Below, piece after piece: positions 29,773 through 38,349 of a stretch of 64,000 bases of DNA. The position numbers were made by a program, and so were the translations under genes. How positions within the stretch are numbered: the stretch's first letter is position 1; the number at the start of each line of letters is the position of its first letter. Source of the stretch: Escherichia virus ESCO5 (Duplodnaviria; Heunggongvirae; Uroviricota; Caudoviricetes); the IMG/VR virus record IMGVR_UViG_2974610597_000001; one strand, 5' to 3'. Below the pieces are notes generated by a model, which was not told the origin of the DNA, made no database searches, and worked only from the letters and a program-made list of their open reading frames with translations.

Positions 29773-30262
29773 TTATAGGAAGTGTTACAAGAGGATCATC
29801 TTCTTCAATTTCCATCTTGTCATCTTCTGTTTCAATGAGAGTATTATGCACTTTGTGATAAGGGTTGTCAACACGTTTAAACTTATTCTTTTCTGTGCTG
29901 AAAAAACAATCTGGATCTTCTTCACCATCACCCCAACCTTGATTAGGATCTCCGTCAGATTGTTCTGTAGGGATTTCACCTGTAAAGTACTCTTCCAGCA
30001 CCATAGCAATACCGTCCCTTGGATTTGAGGAATGCATTAAATCACAAACCTTACCCCAATCCATAGCCCATTCGAACCGTTCACGAACGCCATTTTCATC
30101 CTCTTTTCCAGAGAAAACACAACCATAACTATCATAGTTGCCATACATCTCTTCAATAACAACACCGTCTTTCAAAAGAAAGAGGTAGCAAGGTGATCCG
30201 TCGAAAGAAGTAGAAAGGGCAGCTTTGCCCGATTCTTTGCACAAAAAACTAAAACAACCCAT
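29699..30262 (-). CDS. Hypothetical acidic protein
   Basis: 187-aa ORF, Asp/Glu-rich C-terminal half. Confidence 0.35.
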   Translation of the reverse strand: MGCFSFLCKESGKAALSTSFDGSPCYLFLLKDGVVIEEMYGNYDSYGCVFSGKEDENGVRERFEWAMDWGKVCDLMHSSNPRDGIAMVLEEYFTGEIPTEQSDGDPNQGWGDGEEDPDCFFSTEKNKFKRVDNPYHKVHNTLIETEDDKMEIEEDDPLVTLPISELQKITKEAYDLGFKIGRGGMRV

Positions 30263-30465
30263 TACAAACCCTCCTTCAGATTATCAAGAGCTACAGTGGT
30301 TTCACAAAATTCTCCATAAGCTTTATGATGTTCCAGAAAAGCTTCGGGTCCACCCCAGTCATTATCTTGTGTATTCCAACCATCAATAAAAGCATCTTCA
30401 ATGATTGTGATCAGTTCTTGTCGGGTTAACTGGATAATATTAGGATCGTTATCGTAGTTAAACAT
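30262..30465 (-). CDS. Small hypothetical protein
   Basis: 67-aa ORF. Confidence 0.3.
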   Translation of the reverse strand: MFNYDNDPNIIQLTRQELITIIEDAFIDGWNTQDNDWGGPEAFLEHHKAYGEFCETTVALDNLKEGL

Positions 30466-30631
30466 CTTCTTCCTCCTCTAAAATATGAAACCCGTAATTA
30501 CAATAGTCCTGAAAGGTTTCGTGCGCAAGATCTTCTATATCCTCTTGAGACATATCATCTTCAATTTCGATATCCACAACCTCATTGCATCCACACCAAG
30601 CAGTTTCAATATTCACTCGTAATATTTTCAT
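30458..30631 (-). CDS. Small acidic protein (missed by ORF track, 57 aa)
   Basis: ATG at 30631 overlaps upstream stop (TAATG); MKILRVNIETAWCGCNEVVDIEIEDDMSQ...; fills an otherwise empty 170-bp gap. Confidence 0.3.
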   Translation of the reverse strand: MKILRVNIETAWCGCNEVVDIEIEDDMSQEDIEDLAHETFQDYCNYGFHILEEEEDV

Positions 30632-30828
30632 TACTCCTCCTCCTCATTGAAGTCAATATCTGCAAGGAGTTCGAATTTACGGAAGTTACGACAACCTTCA
30701 TAAATATAACAATCACGACAAACTGCTAGAACACTTGGGGGATATATGCCTCCCATCGGTGCGAATCGTTTTTCGTCATCATAACGGACACCAATGTCTT
30801 CATCAATTATATAGATACGGATTCTCAT
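30631..30828 (-). CDS. Small hypothetical protein
   Basis: 65-aa ORF. Confidence 0.3.
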   Translation of the reverse strand: MRIRIYIIDEDIGVRYDDEKRFAPMGGIYPPSVLAVCRDCYIYEGCRNFRKFELLADIDFNEEEE

Positions 30829-31937
30829 TTACCAAGCCCTCGTTTCACAGCAGCTACCATCCCGTCTTCCAGAGATTGAACTTCATTAATATAATCAACA
30901 CGAGCAGCACGGGCTTCCGTATTGATGCGGTTAGTTTCTTCCAACATCTTAACCAAGTTTTCCTGATCGTGACGCAGAGTTTCAATATCCAACACTTGAC
31001 GGTTAGCCAGTGCTGCTGCTTCGATCTGATTCTGTGTGGCAAGATCGCTACCTAGTTTAATTGCCAGGTTAAATTCATCAAGAACGTTATTCTGCGTCTC
31101 TGCTGCTTTCATTTGACGTAAGCTCTCGATATACATTGAGAAGTTAGCAGAGTAAGCAGGAATAACATTATTTACTATGTTACGCGCAGATCGCATTAAG
31201 CTTGCAGAAACTTTTTGCATACCTTGTACACGCGGTCCCATTTGGACACACAGTAGGCGCAACGCCTTTAAATCTGCAATACGAATCTCCAGGAGATCCA
31301 AAGTATCTCGGATCACTTGTCGCTGTTCTACGGCATCTTCTGGAAGAGCAGCCAAAGCTTGTTCTTCTTTTTCATAGGTTGCTGTTAGAAGCTGCATATC
31401 TCGGTTCAAACTTGCAGCATATTGTCCAATAGCTTGGTGTAGCTTTTCAAGATATACCAAGGAATCTTCTTCTTTGCGAATATCCATTTGAAGGTTCTTT
31501 ACCAACTCTTCAATACGGTTATTAACATTATCAAACTCCCCAAACAGGTCTTCTTTCATACCCATAACTTTTTTAATGAGTTTAGTAATACCCTTGCTTT
31601 GTTTAATAGAGTTTGGATCAAGTTGTTTTGCCTGTTTAATCAAGGCTGTGAGTCGTTCACTCATCTGATCGCCTTGATTACTACGTTGATGTTTTAACAC
31701 CTCGGCATTCAAGGAACGCAAGGTTGTTCCTGCCTCTGCCCCAATCTCTTCGATCTCTTGTCGGGTCATAGAAGGTAAAACTGGAACTTCTTGCGGTGCT
31801 GCTGGTGCATAAACAGGACTGGCATCTAACACACTTGGAGCAAATACAGATTTACTTGCATCTGTTGTTGCAGCGAATACACTCATTTCAGACTTCTTCT
31901 GACCACCAGTAGCTGCTTTTAAAAATGGACTTGTCAT
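30825..31937 (-). CDS. TelA-like (toxic anion resistance family) coiled-coil protein, tentative
   Basis: 370 aa, long alpha-helical/coiled-coil architecture with Ala/Pro-rich N-terminus; size, composition and Ter-gene context suggest TelA/KlaA family; no diagnostic motif verified. Confidence 0.3.
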   Translation of the reverse strand: MTSPFLKAATGGQKKSEMSVFAATTDASKSVFAPSVLDASPVYAPAAPQEVPVLPSMTRQEIEEIGAEAGTTLRSLNAEVLKHQRSNQGDQMSERLTALIKQAKQLDPNSIKQSKGITKLIKKVMGMKEDLFGEFDNVNNRIEELVKNLQMDIRKEEDSLVYLEKLHQAIGQYAASLNRDMQLLTATYEKEEQALAALPEDAVEQRQVIRDTLDLLEIRIADLKALRLLCVQMGPRVQGMQKVSASLMRSARNIVNNVIPAYSANFSMYIESLRQMKAAETQNNVLDEFNLAIKLGSDLATQNQIEAAALANRQVLDIETLRHDQENLVKMLEETNRINTEARAARVDYINEVQSLEDGMVAAVKRGLGK

Positions 31938-32524
31938 TCTTCATTCTCCTCTTCTGCATCTCTTATATATGGTGAAACACCGTACTCTTTAGCTACTTTA
32001 ACCCAATCATCCCATTTATACAACCATAATTTTCCTTCAGTTCCTTCTTTATCTGATTTCAACCACATGTTAGGTTGCTTGCCTGGGTACATGCGATTAG
32101 GTTTACGATTATAACCTCTAACACATCTTGTCGCAAACCTATCTACCAGAACAAGAACATATTTATATTCGTGGTTCAACGGCTCTTTGGAAGTGGCTTT
32201 AGGATTAGCTCCTAATTCTGCTGCCAGTTTTTGCCAATGAGCACCGTGTCTACTAAACTTACCCATACAACCATCAATAGCATGAGCAATTTCGTGCTTC
32301 ATTGTATCCACGATCATATCTCTTGTAGAGTTCTTATGCAAGTGCCAATTTACAACAACAATTTTATCTCGGTAGTTGCACCAACCGAAAGAGTTATTAA
32401 CTTTGTTTCTAACACAAGCTTTATATCCTGCTTCACGTAACATGTTGTAGTAAACAGGAAAATCTTCTTTTATTTCCTGCATCACTTCCCACCACAAGAG
32501 TTGCAAGTCTCTCTCGGTATGCAT
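31934..32524 (-). CDS. SprT-like zinc metallopeptidase domain protein
   Basis: 196 aa; HExxH motif in MKHEIAHAIDGCMGKFSRHGAHW, preceded by conserved Trp-rich N-terminus. Confidence 0.5.
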   Translation of the reverse strand: MHTERDLQLLWWEVMQEIKEDFPVYYNMLREAGYKACVRNKVNNSFGWCNYRDKIVVVNWHLHKNSTRDMIVDTMKHEIAHAIDGCMGKFSRHGAHWQKLAAELGANPKATSKEPLNHEYKYVLVLVDRFATRCVRGYNRKPNRMYPGKQPNMWLKSDKEGTEGKLWLYKWDDWVKVAKEYGVSPYIRDAEEENEE

Positions 32525-32527
32525 AAC

Positions 32528-33121
32528 TTACACCTTAAAAGCGAAATGCGTGGTCGTGGCTTCAAAATCAGGGCCAGATAAACTTGCACTGAAATCTGAA
32601 ATATTTGTAATTAAAAAGCTTTTATGCATACCTAACACAGCCACGCTTTCAATATCTTCTACTAACATTTCAATCATGTTAGAAACATGGCTGAACGTAG
32701 AGTTTTGTTTTTTGATGGTGTAGAAAGAAAGATTCCCACCTGCTATATAAGACACCTCTTCAAAATCTTTAATCGTATATTGTGTGCCATCAGTAAAGAA
32801 AATGGTAGCTTTATTAGTAGCACGTTTCTTGTTTTTTGGTCCTTTTTTACGTTTACTGCGAGTAGGCAAACCGTTTGGAAATACCGTAGCTACAAATTCT
32901 TCAGGAGAAACCTCCTTACCGAAATCATAACCGTAAGAAACAGCGTCTATAAACTCGTCGTCTTCATTTTTAAAATAATGAAAATAGGGCCAATTTGAGA
33001 GATTATCGAGCATCTTATGCTCATCCACAGCAGAGAACGTATCCCTCAAAGCACGTGTGATTTGCAAAGCATTAGGCAAACTTTTAACACCTGTAATGGA
33101 AGTACGAATAGAAATTGTCAT
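32528..33121 (-). CDS. Hypothetical protein
   Basis: 197-aa ORF with KR-rich central patch. Confidence 0.35.
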   Translation of the reverse strand: MTISIRTSITGVKSLPNALQITRALRDTFSAVDEHKMLDNLSNWPYFHYFKNEDDEFIDAVSYGYDFGKEVSPEEFVATVFPNGLPTRSKRKKGPKNKKRATNKATIFFTDGTQYTIKDFEEVSYIAGGNLSFYTIKKQNSTFSHVSNMIEMLVEDIESVAVLGMHKSFLITNISDFSASLSGPDFEATTTHFAFKV

Positions 33122-33135
33122 TGTTTTTCTCCTTA

Positions 33136-33573
33136 TTAACGTCGCTTGCTACGAGATGAACTCTTTTTACTTAAAGGACTATTGTAAGATTTACGAGTTG
33201 TATAGCTACTATTTGTTTTAAAAGTTTGTCTCGGCTTTTCATAAGTTTTTATCTCTTGTTTAGGCTTACTATAAAAATTAGTTTTCGGTTTAGGTGTATT
33301 ATAATGCTTATTAATAATCGTTCTGTTATCGTTATAATCCCCACTGCTACGATTACTACCGCCACTCATCATATGCCCTAACAACATACCTGTAGCAAAC
33401 TCACCAACACCGCTACTACTAGAACCGCCACCATTGTTGATAATAGTTGTATCTCCGTCAGATCCTTGTTGAGCGTATTGTTGAGGAGGTTGTTGGTATT
33501 GTGCAGGATTTGTTTCATCCTCGCAAGCTGTTAAAAAGATACAACCAATTAAAATCAGGGCTAGTTTTTTCAT
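33136..33573 (-). CDS. Lipoprotein, Gln/Gly/Ser-rich
   Basis: Start refined to ATG at 33573 giving MKKLALILIGCIFLTAC (signal peptide plus lipobox LTAC). Confidence 0.45.
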   Translation of the reverse strand: MKKLALILIGCIFLTACEDETNPAQYQQPPQQYAQQGSDGDTTIINNGGGSSSSGVGEFATGMLLGHMMSGGSNRSSGDYNDNRTIINKHYNTPKPKTNFYSKPKQEIKTYEKPRQTFKTNSSYTTRKSYNSPLSKKSSSRSKRR

Positions 33574-33760
33574 ATTTGCTTTCCTCGTTTTGGCTATTAA
33601 TACATCTGTGTTTGAAATCTCCAGAGAAGCAATAAAGTTGCTCTCCATCTCGGTATAAACTCACTTTACTGCCGTTGATTACGCTTGTCAATACAAAAAT
33701 TACAACAAACAACCCTATTGCAAAACAAATATTTTCAAACACAACCAACAAGTATTTCAT
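33515..33760 (-). CDS. Small membrane protein
   Basis: 81 aa with one hydrophobic helix (VVFENICFAIGLFVVIFVL). Confidence 0.3.
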   Translation of the reverse strand: MKYLLVVFENICFAIGLFVVIFVLTSVINGSKVSLYRDGEQLYCFSGDFKHRCINSQNEESKYEKTSPDFNWLYLFNSLRG

Positions 33761-34107
33761 TTTAAAAATACCTCATCATCAGTTTCATTATCCCAGAAGA
33801 ACAAGTCCCAACCATTCGGATCATTCCATTTAGCTGCTGGAGAAGTCCATATTTGCTCGATATCAATATTCAAAACTTCACCGTTTCGTTTTGAAACAGC
33901 TTTAGTTAATTCCCAACGGGATACAGGCTCCACTTCCCCTGAACCACTCCCACAACAAGCTACCACATTAGGAGGCAAATTAATTGGATCTTTGGTCACA
34001 ATCATAACGCTTACCCCAGGGTAAACTTTTGAAAGATAATCTAAAACGTAATCCACATCACCAGATAAATCCCAAACAAGTTCTTGAATTTCATCAAAAT
34101 TATTCAT
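33757..34107 (-). CDS. Hypothetical protein
   Basis: 116-aa ORF. Confidence 0.35.
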   Translation of the reverse strand: MNNFDEIQELVWDLSGDVDYVLDYLSKVYPGVSVMIVTKDPINLPPNVVACCGSGSGEVEPVSRWELTKAVSKRNGEVLNIDIEQIWTSPAAKWNDPNGWDLFFWDNETDDEVFLK

Positions 34108-34149
34108 AAGTCTCTCCTATAAAATAGCCTCCCGAAGGAGGCTCATCTA

Positions 34150-35223
34150 TTAAACAGCAGCTTCTTCTTTTTCAGGGAAGATAAAGCTTGCAATAACACC
34201 AAGAGATAATGTGCCTAGAACAATCATCAGACTTACGTTAGGGGAAATATCATGCGGGAGGAATGACCACTTGGCATGAAGTGTTTCACCGAACGGGTGA
34301 TACATAAGTTTAGCACCAACAAACACCAGAACCACAGCAACAGCTTTCTCTAAGTGAACCAGATATTTCACAGCTACACTTAACACAAAGAAAAGTGCAC
34401 GTAAACCAAGAACAGCCATCAGCATTGCAGAATAAACTAGCAGAGGTTCTTGTGTCACACCGATTACAGCCGGAACTGAATCAAAAGAGAAGACAATATC
34501 TGTAAGCTCAATAACAAACACACAAAGAAGAGCAGGAGTTGCATATTTAATACCATTCTTAATGGTAATGAACTTTTCACCATCTAGTGCATTGTGCACA
34601 GGCAGAACTTTACCTACTAAACGAACAGCCCAATGCTTAGAGTAATCAATATCCTCTTCTTCGTCACCACCTTTGATGATAGCCACGGCAGACCAAGCTA
34701 CAATCAAACCGAACAACACTTGGACCGACCAATGAAGGTTAAACAAAGCGGTCCCTGCTGCAACAAAAATACCTCGGAAGACAATGGCTCCTGCAATCCC
34801 CCAAAGTAAAATCTTATGTTGAAGATGTGTGCTCTTAATTCCAAAGCTTGCAAAAATTGCCATGAATACCATCAGGTTATCTACAGAAAGACTCTTTTCC
34901 AACACATAGCCACTTAGGAAAAGCGCGGCAAACTCTTTACCATGTTCTACCCAAATGAATGCGTAATATCCTAAAGCTAAAGCAATCCAAAAAACAGACC
35001 AAAGCAAAGCAGATTTAATTCCAATTTCTTTATTTTTACCATGTTCTACCCAAATGAATGCGTAATATCCTAAAGCTAAAGCAATCCAAAAAACAGACCA
35101 AAGCAAAGCAGATTTAATTCCAATTTCTTTATTCTCTTTATGACCAAAGAAATCGATACCAATAGACAATGCCAAAATACCAACTAAAACAACTACATCA
35201 ATAATTGGGAAACCGAGTTGCAT
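34150..35223 (-). CDS. terC: TerC-family integral membrane protein, containing an in-frame 33-aa tandem duplication
   Basis: 357 aa, multiple TM helices; signature LEKSLSVDNLMVF; segment KNKEIGIKSALLWSVFWIALALGYYAFIWVEHG occurs twice consecutively. Confidence 0.75.
   Translation of the reverse strand: MQLGFPIIDVVVLVGILALSIGIDFFGHKENKEIGIKSALLWSVFWIALALGYYAFIWVEHGKNKEIGIKSALLWSVFWIALALGYYAFIWVEHGKEFAALFLSGYVLEKSLSVDNLMVFMAIFASFGIKSTHLQHKILLWGIAGAIVFRGIFVAAGTALFNLHWSVQVLFGLIVAWSAVAIIKGGDEEEDIDYSKHWAVRLVGKVLPVHNALDGEKFITIKNGIKYATPALLCVFVIELTDIVFSFDSVPAVIGVTQEPLLVYSAMLMAVLGLRALFFVLSVAVKYLVHLEKAVAVVLVFVGAKLMYHPFGETLHAKWSFLPHDISPNVSLMIVLGTLSLGVIASFIFPEKEEAAV
34939..35136. repeat. Near-perfect 99-bp tandem direct duplication inside terC coding sequence
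   Basis: 34939..35037 and 35038..35136 identical over about 95 bp (accatgttctacccaaatgaatgcgtaatatcctaaagctaaagcaatcc...), diverging only in last few bases. Confidence 0.9.
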
Positions 35224-35240
35224 TCTTTTCTCCTCTCTTT

Positions 35241-35301
35241 GCGGGGAACTATTCCCCGCTTCATTTGATATATATCTTACTCTTTTTAAGAACTATGTCA
35301 A
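35241..35301 (-). promoter_or_regulatory. Promoter plus 5'-UTR hairpin cassette driving terC
   Basis: Minus-strand reading: TTGACA - 16 nt - TAAGAT, then hairpin GCGGGGAA-TAG-TTCCCCGC, then SD AGAGGAG and ATG; same architecture and near-identical hairpin as cassette at 57455..57510. Confidence 0.5.
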
Positions 35302-35304
35302 CAC

Positions 35305-35526
35305 TTATTTTGTTGAATGAGAGGAAAAGATTCCTCGTAATACCGCCAGAATAAACGAAACACAAACCACGGTCCAGAAGGTTACTGGGACAGTGATATC
35401 TGCATGACCCATAACTTCAGCAACATAGTTGTAAGCCAGCAACAGTAACCAAGCTGGAATCAAACTAAGCATAAAAGCAATAACAAAAAAGCTTACCACC
35501 GCAATAATACCTGCAAAAACACCCAT
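35305..35526 (-). CDS. Small membrane protein
   Basis: 73 aa, two hydrophobic helices. Confidence 0.3.
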   Translation of the reverse strand: MGVFAGIIAVVSFFVIAFMLSLIPAWLLLLAYNYVAEVMGHADITVPVTFWTVVCVSFILAVLRGIFSSHSTK

Positions 35527-35538
35527 ACTAATCTCCTC

Positions 35539-36012
35539 TTAAAGTTTATAAATAGTCACATCGTGACCTGTTTTTACTAAAGTTTCTTCAATCATCACTT
35601 GGATGATAGCCCAATTACCTCCAGCATATCCAGCGCCAATCATAGGTAAGCCGATCTTACATTTTTGGTCACGGAGAAGCACATCATTAGCCATAGCTAT
35701 TAGTGCATCGTAAAGTGCATCATAGTCCAACTGACGACCTTTAGCATTGTATCCGTAACGGTATTGCCCGTATAGATTATATACCAAAGGGTCTGATTGT
35801 TCGTCTGGCACCCCTAAACTAAAAGAACCTAACTTACTTTGATCACCAGCCATTGTGTCTAAATCTGCCGCATATGCATAAGGGAATGCTCGTTTAATTT
35901 GCGGAGCAATTCCTGCCCCCATATTACACATACAATTGCAACAATGAGCAATAACAGTTACTTCACCTGCTTTAGCGGCATCAATAAGATTACCTGTTTT
36001 CATTTTAAGCAT
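35539..36012 (-). CDS. Macro-domain protein (ADP-ribose binding/hydrolase family)
   Basis: Start refined to ATG at 36012 (TAAGGAG 6 nt upstream); VIAHCCNCMCNMGAGIAPQI and KIGLPMIGAGYAGGNW correspond to the two Gly-rich ADP-ribose-binding loops of macro domains. Confidence 0.55.
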   Translation of the reverse strand: MLKMKTGNLIDAAKAGEVTVIAHCCNCMCNMGAGIAPQIKRAFPYAYAADLDTMAGDQSKLGSFSLGVPDEQSDPLVYNLYGQYRYGYNAKGRQLDYDALYDALIAMANDVLLRDQKCKIGLPMIGAGYAGGNWAIIQVMIEETLVKTGHDVTIYKL

Positions 36013-36025
36013 TTTTAGCTCCTTA

Positions 36026-36853
36026 TTACAGAATGTGTTGTTTTGTGTAACGATCCAAGAATTCAAAGTTTTCAGCATACTTTGAAATTCGGTTGTAACC
36101 TTCTCCCAAACATCCGAAGAAAAGTTGCTCTACATAGTAGTGTGGCAATTGGCTAAGAATGATTTTGAAGTCTTCGTGATTTTGGCCCATAAGATACTTA
36201 ATAGGACGAACAAGACACTGTGCATCACGTTCTTCATTAATCATTTTAACAAACGCTTCTGGTGTATTGATATAGTTAAAATTCAGTTTAGCTTCAGTAT
36301 CTGCTTGATTACCTTCATATTTTGCAAAATACAAGAAGTAAACATCATTTTTAACTTGATTTTCATCAAGAATCTCAATCAGTTTGTCTTCATGAGTTCC
36401 GGTGATATTTACATCATCAATGAACACAAGCTTCTTATCACCCCAGAATTCTTTGTTGCAGTAGAATGTATCCCCATCAATAAGTTTCTTACGACTAGCT
36501 TTATCCAAGAAACCATAATCGTTGATATAGCTAACTTTACGATGAATAATATCCAGTTCTGCTGAACGACCTTGATCATATTGTGCTTGCAACATATTAA
36601 AGTAATTAATAAAATGATCTGTCATCATTGTTGCAGCATTGTGCACATGGTTATAAGGAGAAGGGATGATAACAAATTGTTCCCCAATATGTTTCATTGC
36701 CACTTGAGCAAAAAACTGAAGTACCAATTCTTTACCCATACGACGCGCAGCTTGGTTACTACCAAATTTCAATTTTGAATAGTCTTTGATATCAAAAGTA
36801 GCAGTTTCCAGGTCATCAAATTTATTTGCAAAAATTTGAGTTTGATTACGCAT
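36026..36853 (-). CDS. Phosphoribosyltransferase-like protein (type I PRT fold)
   Basis: 275 aa; PRPP-binding-type motif KKLVFIDDVNITGTHED (hydrophobic run, two acidic residues, then T-G-T). Confidence 0.45.
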   Translation of the reverse strand: MRNQTQIFANKFDDLETATFDIKDYSKLKFGSNQAARRMGKELVLQFFAQVAMKHIGEQFVIIPSPYNHVHNAATMMTDHFINYFNMLQAQYDQGRSAELDIIHRKVSYINDYGFLDKASRKKLIDGDTFYCNKEFWGDKKLVFIDDVNITGTHEDKLIEILDENQVKNDVYFLYFAKYEGNQADTEAKLNFNYINTPEAFVKMINEERDAQCLVRPIKYLMGQNHEDFKIILSQLPHYYVEQLFFGCLGEGYNRISKYAENFEFLDRYTKQHIL

Positions 36854-37502
36854 TTACAATTTCTCCTCTTTTAAGTTTCTCTAGTAAGTCGTTAGGGTTC
36901 TTAATATGACAGAAGTTAATCCCTATGTCAACACATTTACCATCAAATTCTTCGCTGTCCCCAACATGTAAAATCTCTTCAGCCTTCAAAGGAATGCTTG
37001 AATATGTGGCGGTCCTAACAAAGAATCTAGGATCTGGTTTACATAACAGATGTTCGTCTGAAAAATGCATAAATTCAAAACAATTCCAACTGTCGAACAT
37101 ACAAGCACGACGCAAAATATCCCCAGATATAAAATTAGTATTGCTTTTAATACTAAGATCATATTTACCAGACAAGTATAGCAAACAAACTGGCAAATCT
37201 AAAGCGATATGTGGAGGAAATTTAAGAAACCATTGCTCACAATCAAAACGCATTTGTGCAGATTCTACAGGGGTTAAACCTATCTTTCTTCCCAACATAT
37301 TCCATGCATATGCTACACCTTCTGCACACCCATTTAGTGCAGCATTATCCATAATTTCTTTGGCATCTTTATATGCTTCTTTTGCCGCACGTTCAGACAT
37401 TCTACCATATGTAGCAATAGTGTGCGTACGTGCATCTGCATAGTTTTGATTGGCAGAAATAAGAGTATTCCATACATCAAAAGAAATATGTTTTATTGTC
37501 AT
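36846..37502 (-). CDS. HAD-superfamily hydrolase-like protein
   Basis: N-terminal ISFDVWNTL (degenerate motif I), CKPDP (motif III Lys), HVGDSEEFD (motif IV); start codon uncertain (ATG at 37502 or 37520). Confidence 0.4.
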   Translation of the reverse strand: MTIKHISFDVWNTLISANQNYADARTHTIATYGRMSERAAKEAYKDAKEIMDNAALNGCAEGVAYAWNMLGRKIGLTPVESAQMRFDCEQWFLKFPPHIALDLPVCLLYLSGKYDLSIKSNTNFISGDILRRACMFDSWNCFEFMHFSDEHLLCKPDPRFFVRTATYSSIPLKAEEILHVGDSEEFDGKCVDIGINFCHIKNPNDLLEKLKRGEIVNA

Positions 37503-37503
37503 A

Positions 37504-38109
37504 CTAGGCCCACCACGCATCAAGATTTAAGTTACTGTCTACCACAACTTGTTCTATGTGGTAGCCTTTTATCTGTATCCCACTGTTCAAGAGCATATCA
37601 TATGCTTCATTGAAACGCAACTTATCTTCTGCGGAATATAAGCGAGCATTGTAAAATCGGTAATCAAGTTCTTCAGCATTAGAAGAAATACGGAAGAAGT
37701 TTGTTTCTACTTCAGGATCACTTGCTGAAGTTTTAATGTGAACTTCTCCGTAATTTTCTTTGCTTAGATCCATGAAAAGAACACAGGCAACATGTTTAAA
37801 CATTCGTTCCAGTTTGTAACGAACAACATTGAAACCTGCGTTCTCAAGTTTTTCTACACATTGCAACATTAACGTAGTGTCGAGATCGCTTTGATACTTT
37901 GTTAACATACGATCACGTTGAGACTTTGTATCCCGATGTAAATCAATTGTTGTGCATTTGGCACCAATGATCTTAGCTGCTTTCATCAACTCTTCAGAAC
38001 TAACGTTAGATAAAGTAAGATGAAAATGGGCTTTCCACACTTTTTTAGCAGGGACACCAAAAGATTTATCCCCACTATTCGGCATGTTGACTACTACACT
38101 ATGTTGCAT
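37504..38109 (-). CDS. Hypothetical protein (weak 2H-phosphoesterase-like features)
   Basis: 201 aa; one clear H-x-T-x motif (HFHLTLS), second motif degenerate (VHIKTS). Confidence 0.25.
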   Translation of the reverse strand: MQHSVVVNMPNSGDKSFGVPAKKVWKAHFHLTLSNVSSEELMKAAKIIGAKCTTIDLHRDTKSQRDRMLTKYQSDLDTTLMLQCVEKLENAGFNVVRYKLERMFKHVACVLFMDLSKENYGEVHIKTSASDPEVETNFFRISSNAEELDYRFYNARLYSAEDKLRFNEAYDMLLNSGIQIKGYHIEQVVVDSNLNLDAWWA

Positions 38110-38124
38110 TACTTATCTCCTCAC

Positions 38125-38349
38125 TTAAAATGGAAGTCTTTGAAGTTCATCTCCTCCGATATCAAGTAATTTAGCAACATCTCGATCAGAAAGCAACTCT
38201 TTTCTTTGTAAAATATCCACAAGGGTTGCAAGAATGTCCTTAACGTCCCGATCACTGTTCTTCAAAAGTTCTCCTGCCGTCCCTACCCTATCTCCTACAG
38301 CAAAATATGTAACCATAAAACCTCCTACGCTAATCTGATTGCCAACCAC
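38125..38349 (-). CDS. Small hypothetical protein
   Basis: 74-aa ORF downstream of nrdG. Confidence 0.3.
   Translation of the reverse strand: MVGNQISVGGFMVTYFAVGDRVGTAGELLKNSDRDVKDILATLVDILQRKELLSDRDVAKLLDIGGDELQRLPF

Noticed and set aside
37504-38109. Calling the 201-aa protein a 2H phosphoesterase/anti-CBASS nuclease
   Set aside because: Only one H-x-T-x motif is clear and the second is degenerate; insufficient for a family call without profile or structure search.
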